A stretch of DNA of 57,087 bases, from assembly GCA_027061945.1 (NCBI GenBank), contig JAMOVR010000065.1, positions 1-57,087 of the forward strand. The letters are read 5' to 3'. The notes beneath the pieces are model-generated. The model made no database searches, was not told the DNA's origin, and was given only the letters and a program-made list of their open reading frames with translations. Of the stretch, positions 27,158-36,947 are shown in pieces. The stretch comes from Candidatus Heimdallarchaeota archaeon. Lineage in GTDB: Archaea; Asgardarchaeota; Heimdallarchaeia; Heimdallarchaeales; JAJRWK01. Position numbers and translations under genes: made by a program. Each line of letters begins with the position of its first letter. Position 1 is the first letter of the stretch.

Positions 27158-28171
27158 ATGAAAGCACTAAAAGTATTAATTCCTACCTTACTCATTGTTT
27201 CCTTAATTGCTGTATCCCTAAACAGCGCACCTACAATGGCACAGGAAACAAAAGGTATCATCTTGATTGACATAAGCCATGGTTCTTACCATACGGATTA
27301 CAATTGGTTCGTTGGTAACTGGACTGAAAAAGGCTTTGACGTAATGGTTTGGAGCAATCCTAACGTCACTCTATCAAGCCTATTAAACGATTCTGTAAAA
27401 GCTGTCTTATTGCCCGGTGCTAAAGTTCCTTATTCTGATGCAGACCTTTCTGCTCTAAAATCATGGTTTGAAGCTGGGAACAAATTACTATGGGTTGCTG
27501 GAGACAGTGACTATGGAGGATACTTCAATGCTAGCTCCTCATTAAATCCAGTACTCGAATACTTAGGTGCAAACCTTAGGCTATCATGGGACGCTGTTGA
27601 CGATACGCAAAGTAATGATGGTGCCTCCTACCGTGTAATTGCCAATGAAACAGGTACCGATGAAGTAGCAAAATGCTTAACACGCGATGTAAAACGTGCT
27701 GTATTTCACGGACCCACCAGTGTACTCGGATGGGAAAATAATGCACCCGTTGACTTAAGAAACACTACCATCGATGGTGTTAGCGTAGTCATGAAATCAA
27801 GTGCTGCTGCAAAAACCATCGACCAGGATGTAAGCCTCAATCCAACATATGACTATTACACCTACACTGCTAAAAACATAACCGGAAACTATCCTCTGTT
27901 AGTAGTACAATTCATGAAAAACAGCATGTTAGTTGTTAGTGGTGAAGCAAACTTTGCAGACTACAAAAACATGTACGGATTAATCACCGAGCACGGAGAC
28001 GAACAGCAAGGAAAAATATTAGTTGACAATATCATGGCATACGTCTTATTAAACGAAAAATGTGCTGTCGCCGAAAATGAAACTGGTGGAGGATTCTTAC
28101 CTGGTTTCACTTTTTACTTAATTGGTTTCTCCTTCTTACTAGTAGCTACAATCATTATTAAAAGAAGATAA
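27158..28171 (+). CDS. secreted surface protein with PGF-CTERM-like anchor (DUF4350-like fold suspected)
   Basis: 337 aa. Signal peptide MKALKVLIPTLLIVSLIAVSLNSAPTMA, and a C-terminus ...ENETGGGFLPGFTFYLIGFSFLLVATIIIKRR. Confidence 0.75.
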   Translation: MKALKVLIPTLLIVSLIAVSLNSAPTMAQETKGIILIDISHGSYHTDYNWFVGNWTEKGFDVMVWSNPNVTLSSLLNDSVKAVLLPGAKVPYSDADLSALKSWFEAGNKLLWVAGDSDYGGYFNASSSLNPVLEYLGANLRLSWDAVDDTQSNDGASYRVIANETGTDEVAKCLTRDVKRAVFHGPTSVLGWENNAPVDLRNTTIDGVSVVMKSSAAAKTIDQDVSLNPTYDYYTYTAKNITGNYPLLVVQFMKNSMLVVSGEANFADYKNMYGLITEHGDEQQGKILVDNIMAYVLLNEKCAVAENETGGGFLPGFTFYLIGFSFLLVATIIIKRR

Positions 28172-28375
28172 ATTAATTAAAAAATAGGGGAATTAACTCC
28201 CCAAATCTTTTTTTTTAATTTTATTCACAATACTACTACTTATTTATTGAAGAAAAAACCTTTCGGGTTTGAAAACAGCCCTAAAACTAAAAGAAGTTTG
28301 AAGAAACAAAAAGAAAAAACAAGGTTTTCAAAAATAAACTAAAACTTTTATTTTCTTGTTTTCCTCACACTACAC

Positions 28376-28945
28376 ATGTCTTCTGAGAGAAGATGTTTTT
28401 CACACATATTAGCAGAACACATGAAAGTTTGTAGTATTGGACCAATAATTTCTTTTATTACAATGATTGCTTTCCAGTTTGCTTTTGCACCATTTAACAA
28501 GATAATGGAAAGTAGAGGATATAACATAATTAATTTTGAATTAGCATGGAGCCCACAAAAAATGGATCAAATTCTTACCTCATGGGGATCAGAAGGAATA
28601 CATGCGGCAATAGTTCTTACATGGATTGATTTTGGTTTTATTCTTTCATACACTGCGTTCTTAGCTTGTTCTACAATCTACATGATCTCAAAAGTAGAAA
28701 GCATTATTTTGAACCCAAAAGTAAAGTTTGTCAATTCTTCATCTATAGTTATGGCTGTTTCTGACGTGTTAGAAAACATCCTTGGTTTGTACATCTTGTA
28801 TAATCCTGATAATTATGCGGCATTTTCTGTCTATCTAATGACTGTTTTCTCAATAATAAAATGGATCTTAGTAATAACGTTAGTTCTTAACCTTTTGAGA
28901 TGGTTGTTTGTAGTAATCTACAAGAAATGGGTACAAAAACAATAA
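28376..28945 (+). CDS. hypothetical integral membrane protein
   Basis: 189 aa with 4-5 hydrophobic segments. No family recognised. Confidence 0.55.
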   Translation: MSSERRCFSHILAEHMKVCSIGPIISFITMIAFQFAFAPFNKIMESRGYNIINFELAWSPQKMDQILTSWGSEGIHAAIVLTWIDFGFILSYTAFLACSTIYMISKVESIILNPKVKFVNSSSIVMAVSDVLENILGLYILYNPDNYAAFSVYLMTVFSIIKWILVITLVLNLLRWLFVVIYKKWVQKQ

Positions 28946-29044
28946 GATAATTTTTTTCTAATTTTTCTGTTACAATTCTTTTCTTTCTTTTTCTTTTGTA
29001 ATATCAAATAATGTTAATACCTTTTTTATAGAACTATTGGATGT

Positions 29045-29860
29045 ATGGAAAAAACCGTTATTAGTGGTGTAGAATTAGAGTTATCCCCTTCAACCGAATT
29101 TCCTGCGAGATGGTTAGGTCAAGAAATAGTAAAAAGGGAACTACTTGCAGCCTGGTTAATAATAGATAAAGAAGATATTCCATTAAACCCCCGATTAGTT
29201 GGGCCACCAGGGATTGGCAAGACAACGCTTGCTTACGCGGTAGCTAAAGAATTAGGAAAAGAAGTCTGGTTTTATCAAGCTACTATGGACACAAGGCCTG
29301 AAGACTTAATTGTAACCCCTGTAATTGAAGAGGGGAATAAAATCAAATATGTAGCCTCTCCAATAGTTACCGCAATGATCAAAGGTGGTGTTGTAATTAT
29401 TGATGAGGGTAACAGAATGAGCGAAAAGGCTTGGGCATCATTAGCTCCCTTACTTGATCATAGAAGATACGTAGAATCTCAGATCGCAGGCATAACTATT
29501 AAGGCACATCCTGAATTTAGACTCGCAGTAACGATGAATGAAGATACAAGTACATATGATGTCCCCGAATTTATTCTCTCCAGATTAAGACCTGTTATCG
29601 AACTTACATTCCCATCAGAAGACGAAGAAAGAGAGATTTTAAGATATCACGTCCCAATTGCTCCTGAAAAACTAATTGATGCTGTTGTTAAATTCCTACA
29701 AAAGGCACATCAAAACGAGTATCCCTATACCGTGAGGGGTGGTATCCAGATTTTAAGGTATTGTTTAAAGCTTTCAAAACTAAAAGGGACAGATCCTTTG
29801 TTAGAATTTCCTCAAGCAGTGCTTTCCGTTCTTGGAGATGAAGCATATCGCCTTCTTTAA
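29045..29860 (+). CDS. AAA+ ATPase, MoxR/CbbQ/NorQ/GvpN-like
   Basis: 271 aa. Walker A GPPGIGKTT, Walker B VVIIDEGNR, sensor region LAVTMNE. Length and order are as in the AAA_5/CbbQ group. Confidence 0.88.
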   Translation: MEKTVISGVELELSPSTEFPARWLGQEIVKRELLAAWLIIDKEDIPLNPRLVGPPGIGKTTLAYAVAKELGKEVWFYQATMDTRPEDLIVTPVIEEGNKIKYVASPIVTAMIKGGVVIIDEGNRMSEKAWASLAPLLDHRRYVESQIAGITIKAHPEFRLAVTMNEDTSTYDVPEFILSRLRPVIELTFPSEDEEREILRYHVPIAPEKLIDAVVKFLQKAHQNEYPYTVRGGIQILRYCLKLSKLKGTDPLLEFPQAVLSVLGDEAYRLL

Positions 29861-29941
29861 GCAACAATTTTATTTAGAAATTTTATTTAGAAATGAATAG
29901 GAAAAACCAGTATTAATTATTAAATTAAATAATTATGCTTA

Positions 29942-30080
29942 GTAACTATCTACTATTTTTGCGAGGGCTTTTTTCTTCTTAACGAAGAATTATTTTTCCC
30001 AAAAACACCTCTTGTAAGTAATTTTTGGAGGTGATTTTATAGCATTTTTCTCTCCACAAGCGTTACAGGATGGACGATCC
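29942..30080 (-). repeat. IS200/IS605 right-end (omega-RNA-like) copy, degenerate
   Basis: The reverse complement reads 'ggatcgtccatcctgtaacgcttgtggagag...gaagaaaaaagccctcgcaaaaatagtagatagttac'. It is collinear with 'gggacggcccgtagcgcctgtggagag...gaagcaggaagcccctagcaaaagaaaggggtagttcac' at 30921-31000. Confidence 0.5.
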
Positions 30081-30132
30081 TATTCCTGTCTACAAATCTT
30101 GTCCCAATAATTTTATAAAAACGGTTAGCATT

Positions 30133-30194
30133 GACATCGATATCGGTTTTTGTTCCACTACTTCCCAAAGGGAAGGGGAATTCTGTCGATATGG
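30133..30194 (+). repeat. left-end-like nested hairpin (possible IS200/IS605 left-end relic)
   Basis: In 'gacatcgatatcgg...cttcccaaagggaagggg...ctgtcgatatgg' the outer arms tcgatatcgg and ctgtcgata(t) pair imperfectly, and the inner cttccc/gggaag pair mirrors the family left end. Confidence 0.35.
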
Positions 30195-30313
30195 ATAAAA
30201 TTAAAAAGTTCCAATTGTTGAAAAACCCTGTTTTTCATAAAAAATATGACCCCATTAGAGGGAAAACGTTATTACTTGATACATCCCTTTTTCTCCCAGA
30301 GGGAAACACCTAA

Positions 30314-30727
30314 ATGTCAACTGAAAAAGACGACTATCTCGAGTTATTCATTCAAGAACTAGAAGAACAACTACAGGAATTGAGAAACTCAATAGAACAA
30401 TTCGAAAAAATAAACCATGACAGTAACCCATACGAAGTATTCTTCAGAGTAACTCATACTTTAAAAGGAAATGCCGGGTTCATGGGCTTTGAAGACTTAG
30501 CTGAAGTCTCAAGAATCGTCTGCGAAGTATATCGTGGTCTTACTCCAGAAGAAGCGAAAGAGATCAATGTTGATCCATTTTCAAAAAGATTCTACGTTTT
30601 ACTTAGTGCGTACAAAGGAATTATTGAGAAAAAGCACTCCACTTCTGCTTTAGTTCCTGACAGCATCATATCTGAAGCCCAAAAGCTCCTCAATAAAAGA
30701 GAACAAATAAAACACAAACAAGAATAA
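30314..30727 (+). CDS. stand-alone histidine phosphotransfer (HPt) domain protein
   Basis: 137 aa. FRVTHTLKGNAGFMGFEDLAEV matches the HPt signature (aHtLKGsa...G) with the phosphorylatable His. Confidence 0.85.
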   Translation: MSTEKDDYLELFIQELEEQLQELRNSIEQFEKINHDSNPYEVFFRVTHTLKGNAGFMGFEDLAEVSRIVCEVYRGLTPEEAKEINVDPFSKRFYVLLSAYKGIIEKKHSTSALVPDSIISEAQKLLNKREQIKHKQE

Positions 30728-30827
30728 AATAGTTATACGGGTGCTAGTTAAATGAGCATCGAAAAAAGAAAAAAAAAGGAGATCCCCTCGCTTTGCGCAA
30801 TGAGGACAAAGAAAAAAAGTATGGATA

Positions 30828-31000
30828 CATTTAACTTTCTCGGCGGGAAATCCTCTTCCGAAAGGGAGGGGATGAAATCCGAAAACATTATGTTTTTTTG
30901 TATATGTTTTTCTTGCAGGGCTGGGACGGCCCGTAGCGCCTGTGGAGAGAGTCTCCTCTGTGAAGCAGGAAGCCCCTAGCAAAAGAAAGGGGTAGTTCAC
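30828..31000 (+). mobile_element. IS200/IS605-derived miniature element (complete left end plus right end, ~173 bp)
   Basis: Left end 'catttaactttctcggcgggaaatcctcttccgaaagggaggggatgaaatccgaaaac'. Right end 'gggctgggacggcccgtagcgcctgtggagag..gaagcaggaagcccctagcaaaagaaaggggtagttcac'. Confidence 0.65.
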
Positions 31001-31729
31001 AGACAAGGATTCAACATTAATGAAAAAACAAGAGAGTCCCAGCTCTCTTGCTAATACACAACAGAATTATTTTTAATGATAATTTTTATATCCTGGAATT
31101 TTTCTTCCCAATTTTTTATATGGCTATATTTATTTATAGTGATGTTTTATTTGTTTAGTCTTTTCTCATTTGTTTAGAATGATCTCTTTAGCATACGAAA
31201 CCCACTCTATTTTTTACGTTTAGTTTTTTTAAGTTATTATTTTTTATCTTTATTTTTATTTTTTGATAATTCGGGGTATTTATTTTTGCGCTTTATCTTT
31301 ACTAAACGCAAAAAATAGTTACGACTTATCTTAAAAACAAACATCGTCGTTTGAATCAGTATTTTCCTCAATGGCTCTTAAAAACCGTTTTAACTCGTTG
31401 GTCAAGCCGTATATCTCAGCATATCTTATCAGCTTGCTCATATCTATCTCTCCCTTTTTTCTGATAAAACACCGAAACTACGTCTTCAAAGTCTTGTTCG
31501 GAACCAAAACGAATTTTATTTAATAAAGTAGAACCCTATATTACTAATATTGATTATTTTTTAGTTAAATATTCAGAAGTTTCGTAAATAAAAGACAAAA
31601 AGTCAAAAAACAAATAAATAATTATTAAAACCAGTAAACACATCAAATGAATTTATAGACGTGCTTTTCCTGTTCTTTAAATGAAACGTAAATAAGTAAT
31701 TATTGTTCTAATTATATCTTGGGGACATA

Positions 31730-32752
31730 ATGAATCTTTTGCCTTCTAACAGAGAGATACTGGTTTTTGGAAGACAACGCGTAATTATCGGTTCTAGCGA
31801 AAGAATGGAGGAAATACCCGATAATTCTATAGACGTTATTGTTACTAGTCCTCCTTATAACGTAGGTAAAAAATATACTCCTGACGGGAGCTTCACGGAC
31901 AAGCTCCCAATGGACGAATACTTATTATTTCTCAAAAACGTGTTCAGAGAATGCTTAAGGGTCTTAAAACCAGATGGCTTATTTTTTCTAAATATCGGGG
32001 ATTCTGCAAAGGATCAAGGGAAAAGTGAGAAAGTTGTTAATACTGCTGTCCATGCAGGGTTTAAACGAGTTCAGACAATTATTTGGGTTAAAAGCATTTT
32101 TGGGATGGGTCATTACACTCCTTCTGGAGGGAAAAGACGGTTTAATAATGTTTGGGAAAATGTTTTCTTATTATCAAAAACGAAGAATTACCGTCTTGAC
32201 CCCAAAAGAATTGGGATTCCTTATACGGACAAGTCAAACATCGGAAGATATTCAAAAGAGGACTTAAGGGATCCTGGTGATGTCTGGTTTGTTCCTTATG
32301 AAGTAACTACCGGTGCAAAAATAAAGAAAGGCCATGAAGCTCCGTTTCCTATTGGCCTCCCTTATTTATGCATAAAAAGCGTTCCTGACGCAAAAACAGT
32401 CCTTGATCCTTTTGCAGGAACAGGTAGTACATTGGCAGCCTCGGAATATTTAGGCCTTGAAGGAATAGGATACGAATTATTCCCAAAAAAAGAGGTAATA
32501 AGGAAACGGATCTTAGAAAATTCATTCAAGCCTCCCAATACCCCATTACCACGCCAACTGGAGAAATACGTGTCAATAGTGGATGAAATCCTTTATAACG
32601 CTTTACAATTTCTTTCTGAAGAACAAAAAAGGCGCATAATGTCTAAACTGTCTAAGAAAAAGAAAAAAACATTAACCACAAGTATGAAAGATTTAAAACA
32701 TTTTCCTGAATGGTTAGAAAAAATGTCTCAATTATTAGAAGATTATTATTAA
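31730..32752 (+). CDS. DNA methyltransferase, beta class (N4-cytosine or N6-adenine), no cognate nuclease nearby
   Basis: 340 aa. Motif IV VTSPPYNVGKKY lies near the N-terminus and motif I LDPFAGTGSTLAA near residue 226, the beta-class order. Has a Lys-rich C-terminal extension of ~90 aa. Confidence 0.88.
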   Translation: MNLLPSNREILVFGRQRVIIGSSERMEEIPDNSIDVIVTSPPYNVGKKYTPDGSFTDKLPMDEYLLFLKNVFRECLRVLKPDGLFFLNIGDSAKDQGKSEKVVNTAVHAGFKRVQTIIWVKSIFGMGHYTPSGGKRRFNNVWENVFLLSKTKNYRLDPKRIGIPYTDKSNIGRYSKEDLRDPGDVWFVPYEVTTGAKIKKGHEAPFPIGLPYLCIKSVPDAKTVLDPFAGTGSTLAASEYLGLEGIGYELFPKKEVIRKRILENSFKPPNTPLPRQLEKYVSIVDEILYNALQFLSEEQKRRIMSKLSKKKKKTLTTSMKDLKHFPEWLEKMSQLLEDYY

Positions 32753-32924
32753 CTGATTAATTTAAAATTGAAAAACAAGTAATTTAAAGATATTTCGTGT
32801 TTTTATCCTTCTAAATCTTTTATTTGGAGCAAAAAGAAGGCTGACCTTTAAATAAAAATTCTCTTTTATCATTGACTTAATAGAAATACTCTTGTTAACA
32901 AACCTGTTTAGTTTGCTATGTGAA

Positions 32925-34184
32925 TTACTTTAGTTCTTTCTTTATTTGATTTAGAATGTTTTCTGAAGCCTCTGGGACTTGAATTTCTAAAAACAATTTT
33001 TTAATCCACCTTCTTTTCTCTTTATAATTATCTACTCCCTTGAAAAATTCTGATAATTTTTCAACAAATTCCTTTCCAGAATATATCTTTTCACCTGGAG
33101 TTACACTGTCATATGGGTATACAATTCCATTGGTCTTTTCATATTCATCTAAGTCATAGGGAATGAAAAATATAGGCCGATCAACTAATAAATAATCAAA
33201 ATAAATCGAGGAATAGTCGGTGATCAATAGATTTACAATATGGAGTATATCGTTAATGTCTTCCAAGTCTGTTTGATGTAAAACAAGGCTCCATTTGGAG
33301 TCTATTATCTTTTGAATAGAAGATTCTAATTCTGAAGTTTTGGTTTTGTCCTTTAAAATATCATTAACATGGCCTCTTAAAATTAAAATGGCTTTATTTT
33401 CTTTCATTATCTTGTCGAATCTATCAAAGTCTAAATCTTTAAACGGAAAGAATTGAGCAATTGAATTTTTACGGTACGTTGGTGCGTATAAAATGACTTG
33501 TTCTGGAACAAAGGGTAAATTAAATCTTTTTACGAATAGGTTTATTTCATCTTGAACATTTTTTTCTAAATTTTTTAATAAAACATCATTTCGGGGATAA
33601 CCGGTTATCATCATTTTCTTAACGCTACTATCGAAACAAGCTTTCATTACATAAGATTCTATTCTCGACGATACCGCGAGTAAATCATATCTCTCCGTTA
33701 TTTTTTTCCGTTTATTGCCTTGAAATTCTCTTGAGAGATATCCAATTGCTTTGAGTGGTTGGCCATGCCATAAATTTACTATAAGTTTTGGAGAAAAAGA
33801 CGATAAAAAATAGAAAAAATCAATACTACCATGGGACAAGATTGCTGTTCTAGCTCTTAGAAAAGTCCATATTCCCTTAATCGAAAAAAAAGTTTTACAA
33901 GAATCTTCTCCAAAACGATTTCTAATCTTATTACACACTTGCTTGTCTTTAGTGAGCCATACTGATTCGTATTCTGAATGATTGTTTCTCATGAATTCAA
34001 AAAAATATCTTGCATTATCATAATACCTATCAGCTTTGCATCCGTAAACTATCAAATTTTTTTTCTTAGGAACTATTAAATCAAATAATCTTATCATTCT
34101 TTTAAAAAAATAAAAAACCATTTTTTTAACATAACTCATGTAAACCAATAAATAGTTCTTGAATTTATAGTTTATCCCAATCAA
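32925..34184 (-). CDS. CDP-glycerol/ribitol glycerophosphotransferase (TagB/TagF family)
   Basis: 419 aa. Has the characteristic C-terminal block LITDYSSIYFDYLLVDRPIFFIPYDLDEYE, plus YAPTYR. Confidence 0.85.
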   Translation of the reverse strand: MIGINYKFKNYLLVYMSYVKKMVFYFFKRMIRLFDLIVPKKKNLIVYGCKADRYYDNARYFFEFMRNNHSEYESVWLTKDKQVCNKIRNRFGEDSCKTFFSIKGIWTFLRARTAILSHGSIDFFYFLSSFSPKLIVNLWHGQPLKAIGYLSREFQGNKRKKITERYDLLAVSSRIESYVMKACFDSSVKKMMITGYPRNDVLLKNLEKNVQDEINLFVKRFNLPFVPEQVILYAPTYRKNSIAQFFPFKDLDFDRFDKIMKENKAILILRGHVNDILKDKTKTSELESSIQKIIDSKWSLVLHQTDLEDINDILHIVNLLITDYSSIYFDYLLVDRPIFFIPYDLDEYEKTNGIVYPYDSVTPGEKIYSGKEFVEKLSEFFKGVDNYKEKRRWIKKLFLEIQVPEASENILNQIKKELK

Positions 34185-34328
34185 ACTGCTTGATGCGTAA
34201 AAATAATAATCTCTAGCAATAGTGTTTCAATTCTTTTTTTAGTAAAAATAAAACAGATTTTTTAAGAGGAGAGCTCCTCATATTTATTAATGTTTTATAG
34301 TTGTAGAGAAAATGGTAAGAACGCTTTC

Positions 34329-35099
34329 CTATTCCTCGTTCTCTGTCAAGAAACTTTTTTCAGAAAGAAAACTTGTCAAATGCTGATATATAAACTCTAA
34401 ATCAGGATGAAAGTCCATTTCTGCCCATTTATCATCATCTACAATATATGGCTTAGCTGGCACACCACGGTCGATTGCTTTCTGAACAGCGTATTCCCAG
34501 AATGCATTTAATGCTTCTGGTTCATGCATCACATCAATAAGGGTATTAACAAATCTTTGTCGTGCTTCCCCCCTAAATAGGACCATTCCAATTGATTCAC
34601 CATTAGCTTCCTCAAGTGGGATCTCTTTGCTAATCTTACGAATAAATCCTTCTTTTTCAACTATCTTCATGTCTTCCCAATCATATTTTGTTTTTCTAGA
34701 GATAGTTATCCAAATACCGTCTTCCATAATTTGGCTAAGACCAATTATTACTGAATTATGAAAAATATCATCACTATTAACTAATATAAAGTCTTCATCT
34801 AATTTGTCACGGGCCATGTAAAGACTTGCTAAATTATTGCTTAGACTGAAAAAAGGATTAAAAATGTTAACAATTTCAAAAGGATATTCGTTTTCCCATA
34901 GTTTTATTTTTTCTTCAATTTGTTTACTCCTGTAGCCAGTCACAACAACAACTTGTTCTGGAGAAATATGTTTTATTGCATCTAATTGAACTTTTAATAA
35001 TGGCTTATTATTAATAATAGGCACTAAACATTTAGGTCGATCTTTTGTTAAAGGGTAAAGACGAGAACCCATACCTGCAGCTAAAATAATTACTCTCAC
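34329..35099 (-). CDS. sugar/alcohol-phosphate nucleotidyltransferase (NTP_transferase fold, LicC/TarI-like)
   Basis: 256 aa, GTG start. Has the N-terminal ILAAGMGSRLYPLTKDRPKCLVPI signature. Confidence 0.85.
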   Translation of the reverse strand: MRVIILAAGMGSRLYPLTKDRPKCLVPIINNKPLLKVQLDAIKHISPEQVVVVTGYRSKQIEEKIKLWENEYPFEIVNIFNPFFSLSNNLASLYMARDKLDEDFILVNSDDIFHNSVIIGLSQIMEDGIWITISRKTKYDWEDMKIVEKEGFIRKISKEIPLEEANGESIGMVLFRGEARQRFVNTLIDVMHEPEALNAFWEYAVQKAIDRGVPAKPYIVDDDKWAEMDFHPDLEFIYQHLTSFLSEKSFLTENEE

Positions 35100-35210
35100 A
35101 AATGGCTGTAGCTCCCATTATTATTTAAAATATTCTTTGACTTGATAAAAAAATACCTTTAAATTTTACTATATATTCTATCCGTCATCAAGCCCTAAAT
35201 TAATTTTGTT

Positions 35211-36728
35211 CTACTTTGCGAAAAATAACAACACATTAAAGAAACGTCCTATTTTAGACGGTAATGTCCCGGTGATTAACTCAACATCAAATCTTTTGAG
35301 AGGTTTAATTAATAATATCAATAATAACGTGATTATTCCCCATAGAATGTTTTGAATTATCGGAGAAGAAATCAATATAATTATACTAAATATAGCTGCA
35401 AACTCTAAAAAAAGCCAAAGAACGAATATGGGTATCTTTTCATTTAGTATTTTTGGTCTTAAATCATGATCTAACAGAAAATACACTAAAAATACGAGTT
35501 TCCCTAAAATAAATCCAATAGGTACTGCCATTATTCCTATTCCTATTAATAAGTAAATTGATCCAACTTGAGTAATGATGACTAATACCGTGCCTATTAA
35601 TAATCTCAAACGTTTTTCAAATCCTAAGGCAAAATGTTCTAAAACAGTAGTCAAAGAAACAATTATCTGACCTAACACTAAGATCTCTAACGCTCTAAGC
35701 CCAGCGTCATAAGCAGTACCAATCAATAAATGAACAAACAAGACCCTATTGATATAAAAGAATGGATATGCTAACATCGCAATGAAAAATGTCAATCTAA
35801 AGACCGCATAAAAAATCTTAATCCCTCTCTCTTTATCTCTCTTAAACAACTTAGAGAATATTGGGAAAAGGCCAGCCAAGATAACTAATACTGCCTCATT
35901 CAATATCTCAACTATCCTTTTCATTGCGGTATAAACGCCTAAACTCTCGGGGTCAAAAATAATGTAGATCATGAAACGGTCAATTTGAGACCCTAAAATC
36001 CTTAATAAATTAGTAAGAAAAATTGGAAAACCAAAAGCGATCATCAGCTTTAAAAGACCAAGATCTATTTTGACTCTCCAAACTGGAGGTATGTGCTTTA
36101 AAGAAATCAAAGTGAGAAATATCGCCCCAATTAGTGACAAAAGCCAAGCAAAAAGGACGGACTCCAGAGTCCGGAAATAATAATAAAAAATAGGGACGCT
36201 AACAGAATTTAGGACAGAATAGCTTCCAAGTAAAAGATTTGTCCGTTCTACTTTCATTATCGCAATTACATATCTCCTAACTAGGTTGAAAAATGCATAA
36301 GCAATGACATTCAGTAAATAAAGGCCTAACAACAGATTAATACTCCCAATTATTAACCATCCAATTAATACATTGACCAATAAAGCTAAGGGAAGTATAT
36401 AAAGCCAAAAACCGCCCATAGTAACTTTAGTGAGCTCGTCAAAACTCATTCTTTTAGTAAGATTCCACTGCATAAATGAATAATACAACCCTAAGTCAGA
36501 CAATACTCCGACAGACATTAAGACAAGTGATAGCATGACCAATATGCCTAAGTCGTACTTATCATTTCCTATCAAGCGGTAAAAAACCGCAAAATAAACT
36601 AGTGAAAAAGATCTGACAATAATTACTTGGAAAATAGAAGCAGTCAAAAATGTCCTGTAACTTTTTCTTAACACGGGCTCATTCTCAGCATCTGGAATAG
36701 ACACACTTATTTCTTCAAAAAGATACAA
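35211..36728 (-). CDS. polysaccharide/glycopolymer flippase (MOP/Wzx-like)
   Basis: 505 aa with about 12-14 TM helices. Sits adjacent to the TagF-like and nucleotidyltransferase genes. Confidence 0.75.
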   Translation of the reverse strand: MYLFEEISVSIPDAENEPVLRKSYRTFLTASIFQVIIVRSFSLVYFAVFYRLIGNDKYDLGILVMLSLVLMSVGVLSDLGLYYSFMQWNLTKRMSFDELTKVTMGGFWLYILPLALLVNVLIGWLIIGSINLLLGLYLLNVIAYAFFNLVRRYVIAIMKVERTNLLLGSYSVLNSVSVPIFYYYFRTLESVLFAWLLSLIGAIFLTLISLKHIPPVWRVKIDLGLLKLMIAFGFPIFLTNLLRILGSQIDRFMIYIIFDPESLGVYTAMKRIVEILNEAVLVILAGLFPIFSKLFKRDKERGIKIFYAVFRLTFFIAMLAYPFFYINRVLFVHLLIGTAYDAGLRALEILVLGQIIVSLTTVLEHFALGFEKRLRLLIGTVLVIITQVGSIYLLIGIGIMAVPIGFILGKLVFLVYFLLDHDLRPKILNEKIPIFVLWLFLEFAAIFSIIILISSPIIQNILWGIITLLLILLIKPLKRFDVELITGTLPSKIGRFFNVLLFFAK

Positions 36729-36947
36729 TAATAAAATTATGAAAGGTAATCAAAATACTTAATCCATACCAATGCATAAAACAGGTTAAATCGGACTGCT
36801 ATTTTATAATTGGGCAAAAACAAGCCTAAGTTTGGAGCGTAAATAAATATTCAAAAAGCACGTCATAGGATCTAATTTTTTGGTTTTCTATTTTTACCAC
36901 GACAAATATTTTTTATTTAATTTCATTCCTTATCTTTAATAAAGAAA

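Noticed and set aside
29868-29893. Perfect tandem duplication 'ttttatttagaaa' x2 just after the AAA+ gene stop
   Set aside because: Only two 13-nt units with no spacers, so it is not a CRISPR array or a meaningful satellite. It is most likely slippage in a T-rich terminator region.
30131-30313. 60-aa ORF immediately upstream of the HPt gene
   Set aside because: It has a TTG start inside a left-end-like hairpin, no recognisable motif, and ends exactly at the HPt ATG. It is probably 5' leader or element relic.
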